A stretch of 64,000 nt of DNA from a bacterium (GTDB lineage Bacteria > Patescibacteriota > Microgenomatia > Levybacterales > UBA12049), in assembly GCA_021777565.1 (NCBI GenBank), contig JAJYDJ010000002.1:197082-261081 (forward strand), written 5' to 3'. The position numbers and the translations under genes are program-made. Below are positions 50,528 to 60,896 of the stretch, piece by piece; positions within the stretch are counted from its first letter, which is position 1; each line of letters opens with the position of its first letter. The notes under the pieces are model-generated. The model made no database searches. It had not been told where the DNA came from and saw only the letters and a program-made list of their open reading frames with translations.

Positions 50528-50693
50528 AGATAAATGTGCCGATGATATAAAAAATGTTTTAGAATCAATCTAATCAATAACTTTTGAAGCTAACAAAAAC
50601 TATTGACAAACATTAAAAAAATTCTTCATGATGAGTATATCATACCTGCCCAACAACAATGGATTGTTGGAAGAACACGAGGAGGTGATCGAC

Positions 50694-50774
50694 ATGCCAG
50701 CAAAGAAAAAAACAACAAAGCGAAAGACAACAACAAAGAGAACAACCAAGAAAACAACCAAGAAGCGAAAGTAA
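50694..50774 (+). CDS. 26-aa K/R/T-rich basic micropeptide (not in the ORF track)
   Basis: MPAKKKTTKRKTTTKRTTKKTTKKRK; SD GGAGGTGA 5 nt upstream; TTGACA at 50603; downstream hairpins. Confidence 0.7.
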   Translation: MPAKKKTTKRKTTTKRTTKKTTKKRK

Positions 50775-50789
50775 GTTACTTGGTATCTT

Positions 50790-50841
50790 AACCAATTAAT
50801 TGATCAATTGGTTTCCCCCCGCGTTTATCGTGGGGGGATTT
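50790..50841 (+). terminator. Tandem hairpins after the micropeptide gene
   Basis: AACCAATT-N8-AATTGGTT, then TCCCCCCGCG-TTTAT-CGTGGGGGGA-TTT. Confidence 0.6.
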
Positions 50842-50865
50842 GTGTATATGTGATAAAATAGATGT

Positions 50866-53532
50866 ATGGCAATGAATTTCCTTACCAAAATTTTTGATTC
50901 AAACGAGAAAGAGATAAAACGTCTTCAGACAATTACTACCGAAATTAATGCCCTTGAGCCTGCGATGCAGAAACTTAAGATTGAAGACTTCCCTAAAAAA
51001 ACTACTCAACTGAAAGAAAGAGTTGCTGCTGGTGAGTCTCTTGACGCACTGCTGCCGGAAGCTTTTGCTCTGGTGCGTGAAGCGACGGTGCGTTCACTAG
51101 GCATGCGTCATTTTGATGAGCAGATTATGGGAGGCATTGTCCTCTCTGAGGGGAAAATTGCTGAACAAAAGACTGGTGAAGGAAAAACGTTGACTGCGGT
51201 ACTACCACTTTACCTCCATGCATTGACTGGCAAGGGTGTTCATTTAGTTACGGTCAACGACTATCTTGCGAGACTTGGTGCTGGATGGGTAGGGCCAATT
51301 TTTGATCTACTCGGCATGAAAGTATCGGCAATGATTAATAACGCATCTTTTGTTTTTGATGTGAATTATGAAAACCCCAGTGTGAAAGATTTCAGACTTG
51401 CCAGGCTCAAGCCAATTGAACGAAAAGAAGCATATGCTGTTGACGTTACGTATGGTATTAACTCAGAATTTGGATTTGATTATTTGCGTGACAACATGGC
51501 ACAAGATAAAGCACAACTTGTACAGCGTGGATATTATTACGCGATTGTTGATGAAGTTGACTCGGTGCTTATTGATGAGGCCCGAACACCGCATATTATC
51601 TCAGCACCGGATGAAGTTCCAACAGATAAGTATTATCAGTATGCACAAATCGTAGATAAACTTGTCCCAGATACTGATTTTACACTTGATGAAAAACAGC
51701 GAAGTGCACATTTGACAGAACGCGGACTCACAAAGATTGAGAAATTATTTGGTATTACAGAAATTTATGAAAAAGATTTTGACACGGTATATCATTTGGA
51801 AGCTGCACTGAAAGCACGAGCACTTTTCCATAAGGAAAAAGATTATATTGTTCGCGATAATCAGGTAATTTTGGTTGACGAATTTACAGGAAGACTTATG
51901 GAGGGTCGTCGACTTTCAGAAGGACTGCATCAAGCACTTGAAGCAAAAGAGAATGTCACAATTCAGCGTGAATCCAAGACGCTCGCTACTGTCTCATTGC
52001 AGAATTATTTTCGTATGTATACCCATCTCGCCGGTATGACGGGTACTGCAACGACAGAGGCGGAAGAGTTCCACAAAATTTATAAATTAGATGTTGTTGC
52101 TATACCCACGCATAATCCTGTGCAGCGCGAGGATATGCCAGACATCATTTATAAAACAGAACGCGCGAAATTTGCAGCAGTAGTCAGAGAGGTTGAAGAA
52201 GCACATGCAAAAGGGCAACCAGTATTGATTGGTACTACGTCAATTGAAAGAAATGAAATTCTTTCACAATTTCTCAAAAGAAAGGGTATTGTCCACGAAC
52301 TTTTAAATGCAAAGAATCACGAACGGGAAGCGCAGATTATTGCAAAAGCAGGTGAAAAAGGAGCAGTAACCGTTGCAACCAACATGGCTGGAAGAGGAGT
52401 TGATATTATCCTTGGTGGCGACGTCCCAAAGCTTGAGGATGGGAATGTGGAGCCTGAAAGTAAAGAGTATAAAGAATGGCAGAAAAAGCATGACGAGGTT
52501 GTACAGCTTGGTGGACTGTACGTCATCGGTACAGAACGACATGAATCCAGAAGAATTGATAATCAGCTCAGAGGGCGCAGTGGTCGCCAGGGGGACCCTG
52601 GAAAGTCACAATTCTTTGTCTCACTCTCTGATGATGTCATGAGACTTTTTGGTGGAGATAGTATCGCCAATATGATGACAAGACTCAATATGCCTGAGGA
52701 CACTCCACTTTCACATAATCTTGTATCGCGCGCCATTGAACAAGCTCAAATGAAAGTTGAAGGATATAACTTTGATGTACGTAAATATGTCGTTGAATAT
52801 GATGATGTCCTTAATAAACAGCGTGAGATCATTTACAAGAAAAGAAATTCAGTACTTCTCACGGAAGATAAAGAAGAACTACATACACTCGTGCATGACG
52901 CCCTGCATGGTGCTCTTTCGCTCGTTCTCATGCAAGTGCAGGAGAGTGATGCAGATGATATGAATGCAAAGATTATGAATGAACTGGTCACCATTATTCC
53001 TTTTGATCCGACATCTCAGCAGCAGATACTCACACAACTCATGCAGCTGCGTACATTTGAAGAAAAAGAATCTTTCCTCACCCAATTACTGACCGATGTA
53101 TTTACCAAACATGAAACAGATCTCGGGGAGACGGCAGTACCTATTTATCGATTTGTTTTCTTGAAGGCTATTGATGATCTATGGATGGACCATCTTACGA
53201 CGATGGAAGCACTCCGCGAAGGGGTGAGGCTAAGAGGATATGGGCAAAAAGACCCACTGGTGGAATATAAAAATGAAGGATTCACGCTTTTTGAGAGACT
53301 CATGAACAGTATTGATGATACGGTTGCGCATACTGTCTTTAAGATTCGTATGGATGTAAATCCATTTCAACAAATGCCACAAGGTATGCCGGAAAAAGAA
53401 ACAGAAAAGATAGCATCAACGGCTAAAAAAACAAAAGAAAAAGAAAAAAAGTCTGGAGATAAACCAGGTCGTAATGACCCCTGCTGGTGTGGCAGTGGGA
53501 AAAAATATAAAAAATGTCACTTCCCTAACTAA
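50866..53532 (+). CDS. secA: Preprotein translocase SecA
   Basis: KTGEGKT, IVDEVDS, ATNMAGRG, QLRGRSGRQGDPG, C-terminal GRNDPCWCGSGKKYKKCH. Confidence 0.99.
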   Translation: MAMNFLTKIFDSNEKEIKRLQTITTEINALEPAMQKLKIEDFPKKTTQLKERVAAGESLDALLPEAFALVREATVRSLGMRHFDEQIMGGIVLSEGKIAEQKTGEGKTLTAVLPLYLHALTGKGVHLVTVNDYLARLGAGWVGPIFDLLGMKVSAMINNASFVFDVNYENPSVKDFRLARLKPIERKEAYAVDVTYGINSEFGFDYLRDNMAQDKAQLVQRGYYYAIVDEVDSVLIDEARTPHIISAPDEVPTDKYYQYAQIVDKLVPDTDFTLDEKQRSAHLTERGLTKIEKLFGITEIYEKDFDTVYHLEAALKARALFHKEKDYIVRDNQVILVDEFTGRLMEGRRLSEGLHQALEAKENVTIQRESKTLATVSLQNYFRMYTHLAGMTGTATTEAEEFHKIYKLDVVAIPTHNPVQREDMPDIIYKTERAKFAAVVREVEEAHAKGQPVLIGTTSIERNEILSQFLKRKGIVHELLNAKNHEREAQIIAKAGEKGAVTVATNMAGRGVDIILGGDVPKLEDGNVEPESKEYKEWQKKHDEVVQLGGLYVIGTERHESRRIDNQLRGRSGRQGDPGKSQFFVSLSDDVMRLFGGDSIANMMTRLNMPEDTPLSHNLVSRAIEQAQMKVEGYNFDVRKYVVEYDDVLNKQREIIYKKRNSVLLTEDKEELHTLVHDALHGALSLVLMQVQESDADDMNAKIMNELVTIIPFDPTSQQQILTQLMQLRTFEEKESFLTQLLTDVFTKHETDLGETAVPIYRFVFLKAIDDLWMDHLTTMEALREGVRLRGYGQKDPLVEYKNEGFTLFERLMNSIDDTVAHTVFKIRMDVNPFQQMPQGMPEKETEKIASTAKKTKEKEKKSGDKPGRNDPCWCGSGKKYKKCHFPN

Positions 53533-53538
53533 CTTCCT

Positions 53539-54156
53539 ATGATTTCATTTGTCTATTTTGATGTTGGCGGTGTTCTTGCAATTGACTTTAGTGGGAACGA
53601 TGGGTTCACTCAGCTGGGAAAGGAAATGGGAGTACCAGAGGGGCACATGGGTGAATTCATGCAGCTTTTCATAGATGAAGAACGCGCCTGTTGCACGACA
53701 GACCCTATCGACATGCTACTTCCACATCTTGAAAAAACATTCGGGATAACAATCCCCCAGTCGTACTCACTGCTTGATGGATTTGTGCGTCATTTTCACC
53801 GCAATGATAGCATTTGGCCGGTTGTTGAATATGCAAAATCAAAAGCACGCGTTGGTACCTTAACCAATATGTATGTGAATATGTTTCGCGAGCTTGAGGC
53901 CAAGCATGTGATCGAAACTGTCGCGTGGGATGTCATGGTTGACTCCACCAAAGTTGGGTACATAAAACCTGATAAAGAGATATTTCTTCTTGCACAAGAA
54001 AAGGCTGGAGTCCCAGCAGGTGAGATACTGTTTGTTGAGAACTCCCAAAAACACATTGACGCGGCAAGGGAGCTTGGGTGGCAGACATTTCTCTATGATC
54101 CAAAACATCCCGAAGCGTCAAGTGAAGCACTCTTGGATTATTTAAAAAACGCATGA
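53539..54156 (+). CDS. HAD-family hydrolase
   Basis: YFDVGGVL, LTN, KPDKEIF, FVEN. Confidence 0.85.
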   Translation: MISFVYFDVGGVLAIDFSGNDGFTQLGKEMGVPEGHMGEFMQLFIDEERACCTTDPIDMLLPHLEKTFGITIPQSYSLLDGFVRHFHRNDSIWPVVEYAKSKARVGTLTNMYVNMFRELEAKHVIETVAWDVMVDSTKVGYIKPDKEIFLLAQEKAGVPAGEILFVENSQKHIDAARELGWQTFLYDPKHPEASSEALLDYLKNA

Positions 54157-54809
54157 ACTGGCAGAAGGCAACTCTTATCAAAAAACGTCAATCTGCAGAG
54201 GATGTCTGGGTACTTACGGTAAAGCCGGAGAAGTGGGAGCCATTTGATCCTGGACAATTTTATCAACTGCAACTCCCGGGGATTTTTCTCGATCGTTGCT
54301 ACTCAATTCTTTCAACTCCAGCAGACGAAGGCATACTCGAATTTGGCATACAGTGTATACCAGGAGGAGTTCTCTCTCCTCAATTGTGTGAGATGGAAGT
54401 TGGGGGAAGTATCGAGATCATCGGACCACAGGGAGCATATTTTAACTGGAAACCAGAGATGAGGGGACCACTTGTGCTTATTGGTGGTGGGTCTGGCATG
54501 GTGCCACTTATTTCCATCTATAATCACGTGAAGTCTCTAGATCCAGGTCTCCCTATTACTTTTATCATGAGTGCAAAAAGCCCAGAAAAAATTATGGATT
54601 ACAATTCATGGAAAGACAGACTTATTACTCGTTTTACATCATCTGAGCCAAGAATTGATCAAGACTTTTTACAAAACAAGATTGATCTTGCACAAAAAGA
54701 TGCGATGTATTTTATCTGCGGATCAGGAAGATTTACCTATGATATAAAAAACTATTTAGAGAATTTGGGAGTAGAAAAAATACAAATACAATCAGAGCAG
54801 TTTTTTTAG
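54153..54809 (+). CDS. Ferredoxin-NADP reductase-like FAD/NAD(P)-binding oxidoreductase
   Basis: PGQF, RCYSI, GGGSGMVP, FICGS, EQF. Confidence 0.9.
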   Translation: MNWQKATLIKKRQSAEDVWVLTVKPEKWEPFDPGQFYQLQLPGIFLDRCYSILSTPADEGILEFGIQCIPGGVLSPQLCEMEVGGSIEIIGPQGAYFNWKPEMRGPLVLIGGGSGMVPLISIYNHVKSLDPGLPITFIMSAKSPEKIMDYNSWKDRLITRFTSSEPRIDQDFLQNKIDLAQKDAMYFICGSGRFTYDIKNYLENLGVEKIQIQSEQFF

Positions 54810-54821
54810 TATACTTTGTTT

Positions 54822-55505
54822 ATGACAGAAGATATCCTTACCTCGCTTGGAGCTCAACCCTCAGTAAGTGAGGAACGTGGATTGGCACTCCTTAATGATA
54901 CTGATCTTGTAATTTTCAGCCCAGGTATTAGCACTGGAGGATTTGCTGAGATTCGTATGGCAAAATCCAATCCTTCAAGACATATCATCTCCACTACGAT
55001 TGATGATAAAGGATTATCCTTTGCACAAGAAGTGATAGAAACCTCAGGAGTTAAAAATCAAATTGACACAAAACTCGAAGATTTGCGTGACATGAATTAT
55101 CCGGAAGACTATTTTGATTTTATCTATGCTCGTTTGGTACTTCATTATCTCTCTGCACAAGATCTTGATGCAGTACTACATCGCATGTATCTGTCTCTTA
55201 AGAAGAATGGTAGGATTTTTGTTGTTGTAAGGTCTATAAAAAACCCTAACACCAATGACCCGGAATATACATATGACCCAGTAACAAAATTAAGTAGAGA
55301 TGTGCATAGGCGAGCAGACGGGTCAATTGAAGCAACAAGTGTCAGATATTTTCATTCGCCAGAAAGTATCAGTGAACATCTTGAGAGTGCAGGATTTCAT
55401 ATAGTCGCCATAGAAGAGTATCAAGAGCGCCTCTATAAGGATTTCATGAGAAAAGAAATTTCCCCTAATATTGACCATCTCATTGAGGTCGTTGCAACAA
55501 AATAA
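54822..55505 (+). CDS. Class I SAM-dependent methyltransferase
   Basis: FDFIYARLVLHYL, LKKNGRIFV; divergent motif I (PGISTGG). Confidence 0.75.
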   Translation: MTEDILTSLGAQPSVSEERGLALLNDTDLVIFSPGISTGGFAEIRMAKSNPSRHIISTTIDDKGLSFAQEVIETSGVKNQIDTKLEDLRDMNYPEDYFDFIYARLVLHYLSAQDLDAVLHRMYLSLKKNGRIFVVVRSIKNPNTNDPEYTYDPVTKLSRDVHRRADGSIEATSVRYFHSPESISEHLESAGFHIVAIEEYQERLYKDFMRKEISPNIDHLIEVVATK

Positions 55506-55506
55506 T

Positions 55507-55944
55507 ATGACAGAAGCGCTGTATCATCTCGGAATTAAAGCAATTATTAAAAATCACGAGGGGAAAATCTTGCTTCTTCAAGTGAATCCATCTGCGCTTC
55601 GTGGATACTCAGGAGAACCATATTGGGATATCCCTGGAGGGAGAGTCCAGGCAGGAGACAATGTAGAAGAGACATTGAGGAGAGAACTGCTTGAAGAAAC
55701 TGGTATTAACGATGTGAGGAGTATTACCCCATTCTCGATGGTATTATCAAACATTCGTATCCCAACAGATGCAGGCAGTGTCGGGCTTATTTTAAGTTCT
55801 TATGTCTGTGAAATTGCTGGCATGCCTGAGATCACACTCAGTAGTGAACATCAAAAAGCTTCCTGGTTTAGCCCAGAGGAGGCAGCTGAGCTTTTGAAAG
55901 TAAAATATCCTGCAGAATTTATTGAGAAAATAAAAGAAGTATAA
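55507..55944 (+). CDS. NUDIX hydrolase
   Basis: PGGRVQAGDNVEETLRRELLEETG Nudix box. Confidence 0.92.
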   Translation: MTEALYHLGIKAIIKNHEGKILLLQVNPSALRGYSGEPYWDIPGGRVQAGDNVEETLRRELLEETGINDVRSITPFSMVLSNIRIPTDAGSVGLILSSYVCEIAGMPEITLSSEHQKASWFSPEEAAELLKVKYPAEFIEKIKEV

Positions 55945-55947
55945 AGA

Positions 55948-56925
55948 CTAAAAGTCTGGGATGACCGTTGACTTCACTTTCTTTAATTTTGCCACATAAA
56001 ATCCTTCCATAGTTTCTGATGGTGAGACACGAAGTGTTTTCACAAGGTCAGGGTTATAATTTCTTTTACCAAATGACGTCAGTCCTGGCATGGCATCAGT
56101 GAGCGAGGGAATAGAAACTTTTTCTACCTCAAGACATCCTTGCTCTTTCTCTAAAATCCAATCAACAACCTCTTCATTTTCCTCCGGAGAGAGCGTGCAG
56201 GTAGAGTACACGATCGTGCCACCCACCTTTGTCGCACTCACAGCAGACCGTATGAGAAATTTTTGTTTTTGTGAAAGTTCTTTCACTTTTTTTGGGGACC
56301 AGTCAGCATATGATTTTGGATCTTCAGTGTAAAATCTCCCTTCCATACTACAAGGAACATCTACCAGGGTTTTATCAAAATACTGTGGGCTTTGTTTCCA
56401 CAAAAACTCTCCGGGCATCATAACTATCGTGGTATTAGTAACTCCTTGCACTGCTAAATTAGCCTTGAGACGGAAGTTTCGTATTCGACTACTATCATTG
56501 GCGATAATTTCTCCCGTGTTTTCCATCATTGCTGCCATTTGGGTTGTTTTGCTGCCTGGTGCTGCACACAGATCAAGTACTTTATCTCCCTTTTGTGGGT
56601 CAAGAACAAGTGGTGGAATCATACTTGAGAGACTCTGTACATAGAGCTCCCCTTGAGTATAGTAGTCGGTCGCCGTTAAGACTTTCTGTTCAACATTTTT
56701 TAAGATAAAAGCGATAGTATTCCAAGAGACAGTATCGACATGAATGCCTAGTTGTGCAAGTGCAGAGAGTAGAGCCTCTTGTGTCGTTTTGAGTGTGTTG
56801 ACTCTGAAGGTGGAGGGCTTTCTCTTTGAAAATGAAGCAAGCACACGATCATAGTCTCTCGTCTCTGGGAAGAGGAGATGGAGTTTTTCTAAAAATGCTT
56901 GTGGCAAGCTCTGCGTGTCGTTCAT
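55948..56925 (-). CDS. RsmB/RsmF (NOL1/NOP2) RNA m5C methyltransferase
   Basis: DLCAAPGSKTT, DVPCS, YSTCTLSPEENE. Confidence 0.93.
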   Translation of the reverse strand: MNDTQSLPQAFLEKLHLLFPETRDYDRVLASFSKRKPSTFRVNTLKTTQEALLSALAQLGIHVDTVSWNTIAFILKNVEQKVLTATDYYTQGELYVQSLSSMIPPLVLDPQKGDKVLDLCAAPGSKTTQMAAMMENTGEIIANDSSRIRNFRLKANLAVQGVTNTTIVMMPGEFLWKQSPQYFDKTLVDVPCSMEGRFYTEDPKSYADWSPKKVKELSQKQKFLIRSAVSATKVGGTIVYSTCTLSPEENEEVVDWILEKEQGCLEVEKVSIPSLTDAMPGLTSFGKRNYNPDLVKTLRVSPSETMEGFYVAKLKKVKSTVIPDF

Positions 56926-56975
56926 GGCTGTATTGTACCAGAAAAAGGCATGGGAGGTGGGTCTCTCCTGTCAAT

Positions 56976-57014
56976 TTAGCACTCTCTTGACAAGACTGAT
57001 AAAGGCGTTATAAT
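56976..57014 (+). promoter_or_regulatory. CIRCE (HrcA operator) overlapping the clpB promoter
   Basis: TTAGCACTC-N9-GACTGATAA (consensus TTAGCACTC-N9-GAGTGCTAA) contains TTGACA; TATAAT at 57009-14. Confidence 0.8.
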
Positions 57015-57020
57015 AGTTTT

Positions 57021-59186
57021 ATGAACCCGAATGACCAGAATGGCATCCCAGATTTTCTTAAGCCGGTGAGCCATGAAGAGGCACTCAAAAAATTTACCAT
57101 CAACCTCACACAGGTCGCCAAATCAGGCAAAATAGATCCTGTCATCGGACGCGAGTCAGAAATCCGTCGTGTTATGGAAATTCTTTCAAGGCGTACGAAA
57201 AATAATCCTGTTCTAATAGGTGATCCAGGTGTTGGGAAAACCGCTATCGTTGAAGGATTAGCGCTTCAGATTGTCGAAGGGAAGGTCCCAACCACTCTGA
57301 AGGACAAGGAGGTTTTGATGCTAGATTTTGCTCAGCTGTTAGCGGGAGCGAAGTTCCGTGGCGAATTTGAAGAGCGCCTCAAGGGTGTTATTAAAGGGAT
57401 AGAAGACAGCGATGGCAAATATATTATTTTTATTGATGAGCTTCATACAATTATCGGTGGTGGATCCAGTGAAGGTGGGACTGACGCCGCCAACATTTTG
57501 AAGCCATCACTTGCTCGTGGGACTCTGCGTACGATTGGAGCAACAACTGTCACTGAGTATCGACGATATATTGAGAAGGATCCAGCGTTGGCAAGGCGTT
57601 TTCAACAGGTTTTGGTTGAAGAGCCTACGGTGGAAGATACTATTTCAATTCTTCGTGGCATCAAAGAGAGGTATGAATTGCATCATGGCATCCGTATTAC
57701 AGACAATGCACTCATTGCCGCAGCTCGTCTGTCAGCACAATATATTCCTCAGAGATTTCTTCCTGACAAGGCAATTGATTTGATTGATGAAGCGGCAGCT
57801 GCTATTAAGATTGAGACAGAGAGTATGCCTGCAGAGTTGGATGCGCTTAAGCGTCGCATTACCCAGCATGAAATTAGTCTCACAGCGTTGAAAAAGGAAA
57901 AGACTGATATCGCACGGTCCCGAGCCGAACAAGAGAGGAAAGACGCAGAGCAATTGAAAAATGAAGCAGAAACTATAGAGAAGCGTTGGAGTGAACAGAA
58001 GGACTTAATTCAAAAATTGCAGGGAGTAAGAGCAAAAATAGACGCGTTGCGTATAGAACTTGAGCAGGCAGAAAGAGACGTCCAATTGGAAAAAGCTGCA
58101 GAGATTAAGTTTGGTAAGATTCCGGAATTAGAAAAAGAACTACAAACTCTTCAGTCAGAGTGGGACAAAATTCCAAGTGAAGAAAAAGTACTGCGTGAAG
58201 AAGTAGATGAGGATGATATTGCTAAAGTCGTTGGTCGCTGGACAGGTGTGCCCGTCACACGGATGCTTGCAAGTGAAGCAGAACGACTAGCACATCTGGA
58301 AGATGAACTGAAAGAGCGAGTTATTGGGCAGGATGAAGCGCTAGTACTTCTGGCACGCGCTATTAGACGGTCACGTTCTGGATTGTCTTCCAAATCAAAA
58401 CCGGTTGGTTCATTTCTTTTCCTTGGTCCAACAGGTGTGGGTAAGACAGAAACAGCCAAAGCACTGGCTACGATTCTGTTTAACGACGAACATGCAATGA
58501 CGCGCATTGATATGAGTGAATATCAGGAATCACACACTGTGGCACGACTGATTGGCGCACCTCCAGGATATGTTGGATATGAAGAAGGTGGGCAGCTCAC
58601 TGAGGCAGTCAGGAGAAAACCATACTCGGTGATCCTTATCGACGAGATTGAGAAAGCTCATCCACAGGTATTTAATCTTTTCTTGCAAATATTTGACGAG
58701 GGAAGATTGACGGATAGTAAAGGAGTTACGGTGGATTTCAAAAATGCCATCATTATTATGACAAGCAATATTGGCAGTGACATCATACTGGAAGAATCAA
58801 GTGCAAAGAAACAAAATAAGGATGAACTGCAGAAGAAAATGTGGGCAAGACTTCGTGACTTTTTCAAACCTGAATTTTTAAACAGGCTTGATAGTGTTGT
58901 AATCTATAACGCGTTAACAGTTCGCGATATGTTAGAAATTGCGAAATTACAACTTGAAGAAGTGAAAGAGAGACTTGCTGAAAATGATATCAACTTTACC
59001 TTTGATGATGACCTGGCATTCTACTTTGCTGAAAATGGGTATGATCCGGATTTCGGTGCCCGTCCACTCAAGAGGCTTATCGAAGAGAAGTTGGTCGATG
59101 AAATTGCTATGAGAATTGTTGAGAATCGTATTAAACCAGGAGATACTATTACTCCCAAAATTGAAGATGGGAAAATTACCTTCTAA
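57021..59186 (+). CDS. clpB: ClpB-type AAA+ disaggregase lacking the N-terminal domain
   Basis: [14 protein letters not shown]-domain coiled coil, [26 protein letters not shown]. Confidence 0.92.
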   Translation: MNPNDQNGIPDFLKPVSHEEALKKFTINLTQVAKSGKIDPVIGRESEIRRVMEILSRRTKNNPVLIGDPGVGKTAIVEGLALQIVEGKVPTTLKDKEVLMLDFAQLLAGAKFRGEFEERLKGVIKGIEDSDGKYIIFIDELHTIIGGGSSEGGTDAANILKPSLARGTLRTIGATTVTEYRRYIEKDPALARRFQQVLVEEPTVEDTISILRGIKERYELHHGIRITDNALIAAARLSAQYIPQRFLPDKAIDLIDEAAAAIKIETESMPAELDALKRRITQHEISLTALKKEKTDIARSRAEQERKDAEQLKNEAETIEKRWSEQKDLIQKLQGVRAKIDALRIELEQAERDVQLEKAAEIKFGKIPELEKELQTLQSEWDKIPSEEKVLREEVDEDDIAKVVGRWTGVPVTRMLASEAERLAHLEDELKERVIGQDEALVLLARAIRRSRSGLSSKSKPVGSFLFLGPTGVGKTETAKALATILFNDEHAMTRIDMSEYQESHTVARLIGAPPGYVGYEEGGQLTEAVRRKPYSVILIDEIEKAHPQVFNLFLQIFDEGRLTDSKGVTVDFKNAIIIMTSNIGSDIILEESSAKKQNKDELQKKMWARLRDFFKPEFLNRLDSVVIYNALTVRDMLEIAKLQLEEVKERLAENDINFTFDDDLAFYFAENGYDPDFGARPLKRLIEEKLVDEIAMRIVENRIKPGDTITPKIEDGKITF

Positions 59187-59228
59187 TTCTTCATTGCTCC
59201 CCCTAAAAATCTAGGCTACAATCAAGAG

Positions 59229-60884
59229 GTGAAAAGATTTTTCTCTTCTCAGTGGTGTATTGTAATCGCTATTTTTCTTCTGGCACTTGGTATTCGTGTG
59301 ATTAGCTTGTCTAGCCTCCCAAATGGATTTCATATTGATGAAGTCATGACTGGCTATGTGGGGAGACTCATCCTTTTGACCGGGAGAGACATCTATGGGA
59401 ATCATTGGCCACTCTGGTACTTTAATACTTTTGGTGATTATCGCGTTATTGCACCGTTTTATATCAATGGACTTTCGACGTTTATATTTGGTGTAAACAT
59501 TTTTGCCATACGATTCCCTGCTGCCCTTTTTGGGGCATTGATTGTATTCCCAATGTACACGATCAGTAAGTCAATTTTTGGGAAAAATTATTTTGCCTAT
59601 GTCCCTCCCCTTCTTTTGGCAGTATTGCCTTGGCATATCATTCTCTCTCGTGCAACATCAGAGGGAATTATGGGGTTAACGGTGCTCCTGACTGGTATGG
59701 CTTTTTTGGTAGCATCCATTCAAAACAAGAAGATGTTACACATTCTAGTTGGGACAGTTCTTCTTGCAGTGACTTATTTTTTATACCCTTCATTTCGTGT
59801 CTTAGCACCTCTGTCCTTAATACCATTTATTTTTATTGCATCAGAAAAGAAGAAATGGTATGCCATCATGCTTCTCTTGCTGCTAGTTCTGACGTACTGT
59901 GTCGGGAATACGGTATGGGGGAGAGGGAGATTTGAACAAACCTCTATTTTCTCTGGTACCACAGCACAGCAGGTAGCCGCACGTACCCAAGGGCTCTCCT
60001 TTGCAGAAGGGCCATCTCATATTGTCCTTGCAAAGATATTTGACAATAAAGCAGTCGCCTATTCAAATATTTTGTTAAACAATTATTTAGTTTACTTCTC
60101 ACCACAATTTCTGTACGGGAACGAAAGATTCCCAGACCGTTATGTTGTCCCTTACTTCGGACTTTTGTTCGGAGCACTGATACTTCTTTTGACAGGACTG
60201 TTACTTCCACGGATAAAAGAAGAGAATCTTTCTTGGTATCTTGCCTGTTGGTATTTTCTTATCATTGCGCCACTCCCTGGTATGCTTACGGCAGATGATA
60301 TCCCAAATCTTCATCGTGTTCTTTTTATGATGATACCTTTTGTTTTGATGGGAACCTATGGACTGAAGCGATGGTTATCTCTCTTTAAGAGATGGCCAGT
60401 TGCTCGTAATGGGTTTATTGTACTCTGCGTGATAGCGGGGCTTGGGGAGTTGGTCTTTTTTGGCCATGCGTATGCAGTACAATCACCATCCTACAGAAGT
60501 GAAGCCCGTAATGATGGGTATATTGCCCTTGTATCTTATTTAAAGCAAGCTCATGAGAACAATATCCCACTTCTTATTTCAGCGCAAGATAGCGTGGCCA
60601 TATATTATCTTTTCTTTACGAATAATTTTGATCAGAAGTATGCAGGGGCCTTCAAAGGTGACGTGAAAATAGGACAAATTGATAACATGACTTTTACGGA
60701 CATGTGGTGCCCATCAACAATTTATGCAAAGGACCCTTACAAACCTCCCGTTACGATTGTTGAATATGGAGACTGTAAAGTCCCTTCAACGTATAAAATA
60801 GAGAAGGTAATTATGAGAAAAGATAGTACAACTGCCTTCCATGTCCTCACCTGGCAAGGGCTCCCACCAGGGGCACAAAATTAG
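59229..60884 (+). CDS. GT-C glycosyltransferase (family 39/ArnT-like)
   Basis: FHIDE after TM1, GRDIYG, FAIRFP, PWHIILSR; multiple TM segments. Confidence 0.85.
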   Translation: MKRFFSSQWCIVIAIFLLALGIRVISLSSLPNGFHIDEVMTGYVGRLILLTGRDIYGNHWPLWYFNTFGDYRVIAPFYINGLSTFIFGVNIFAIRFPAALFGALIVFPMYTISKSIFGKNYFAYVPPLLLAVLPWHIILSRATSEGIMGLTVLLTGMAFLVASIQNKKMLHILVGTVLLAVTYFLYPSFRVLAPLSLIPFIFIASEKKKWYAIMLLLLLVLTYCVGNTVWGRGRFEQTSIFSGTTAQQVAARTQGLSFAEGPSHIVLAKIFDNKAVAYSNILLNNYLVYFSPQFLYGNERFPDRYVVPYFGLLFGALILLLTGLLLPRIKEENLSWYLACWYFLIIAPLPGMLTADDIPNLHRVLFMMIPFVLMGTYGLKRWLSLFKRWPVARNGFIVLCVIAGLGELVFFGHAYAVQSPSYRSEARNDGYIALVSYLKQAHENNIPLLISAQDSVAIYYLFFTNNFDQKYAGAFKGDVKIGQIDNMTFTDMWCPSTIYAKDPYKPPVTIVEYGDCKVPSTYKIEKVIMRKDSTTAFHVLTWQGLPPGAQN

Positions 60885-60896
60885 AAGTGAAAAAGT

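Noticed and set aside
50603-50791. 62-aa ORF with N/Q/K repeats from the ORF track
   Set aside because: Its TTG is the -35 box; the SD points to the 26-aa ORF in another frame
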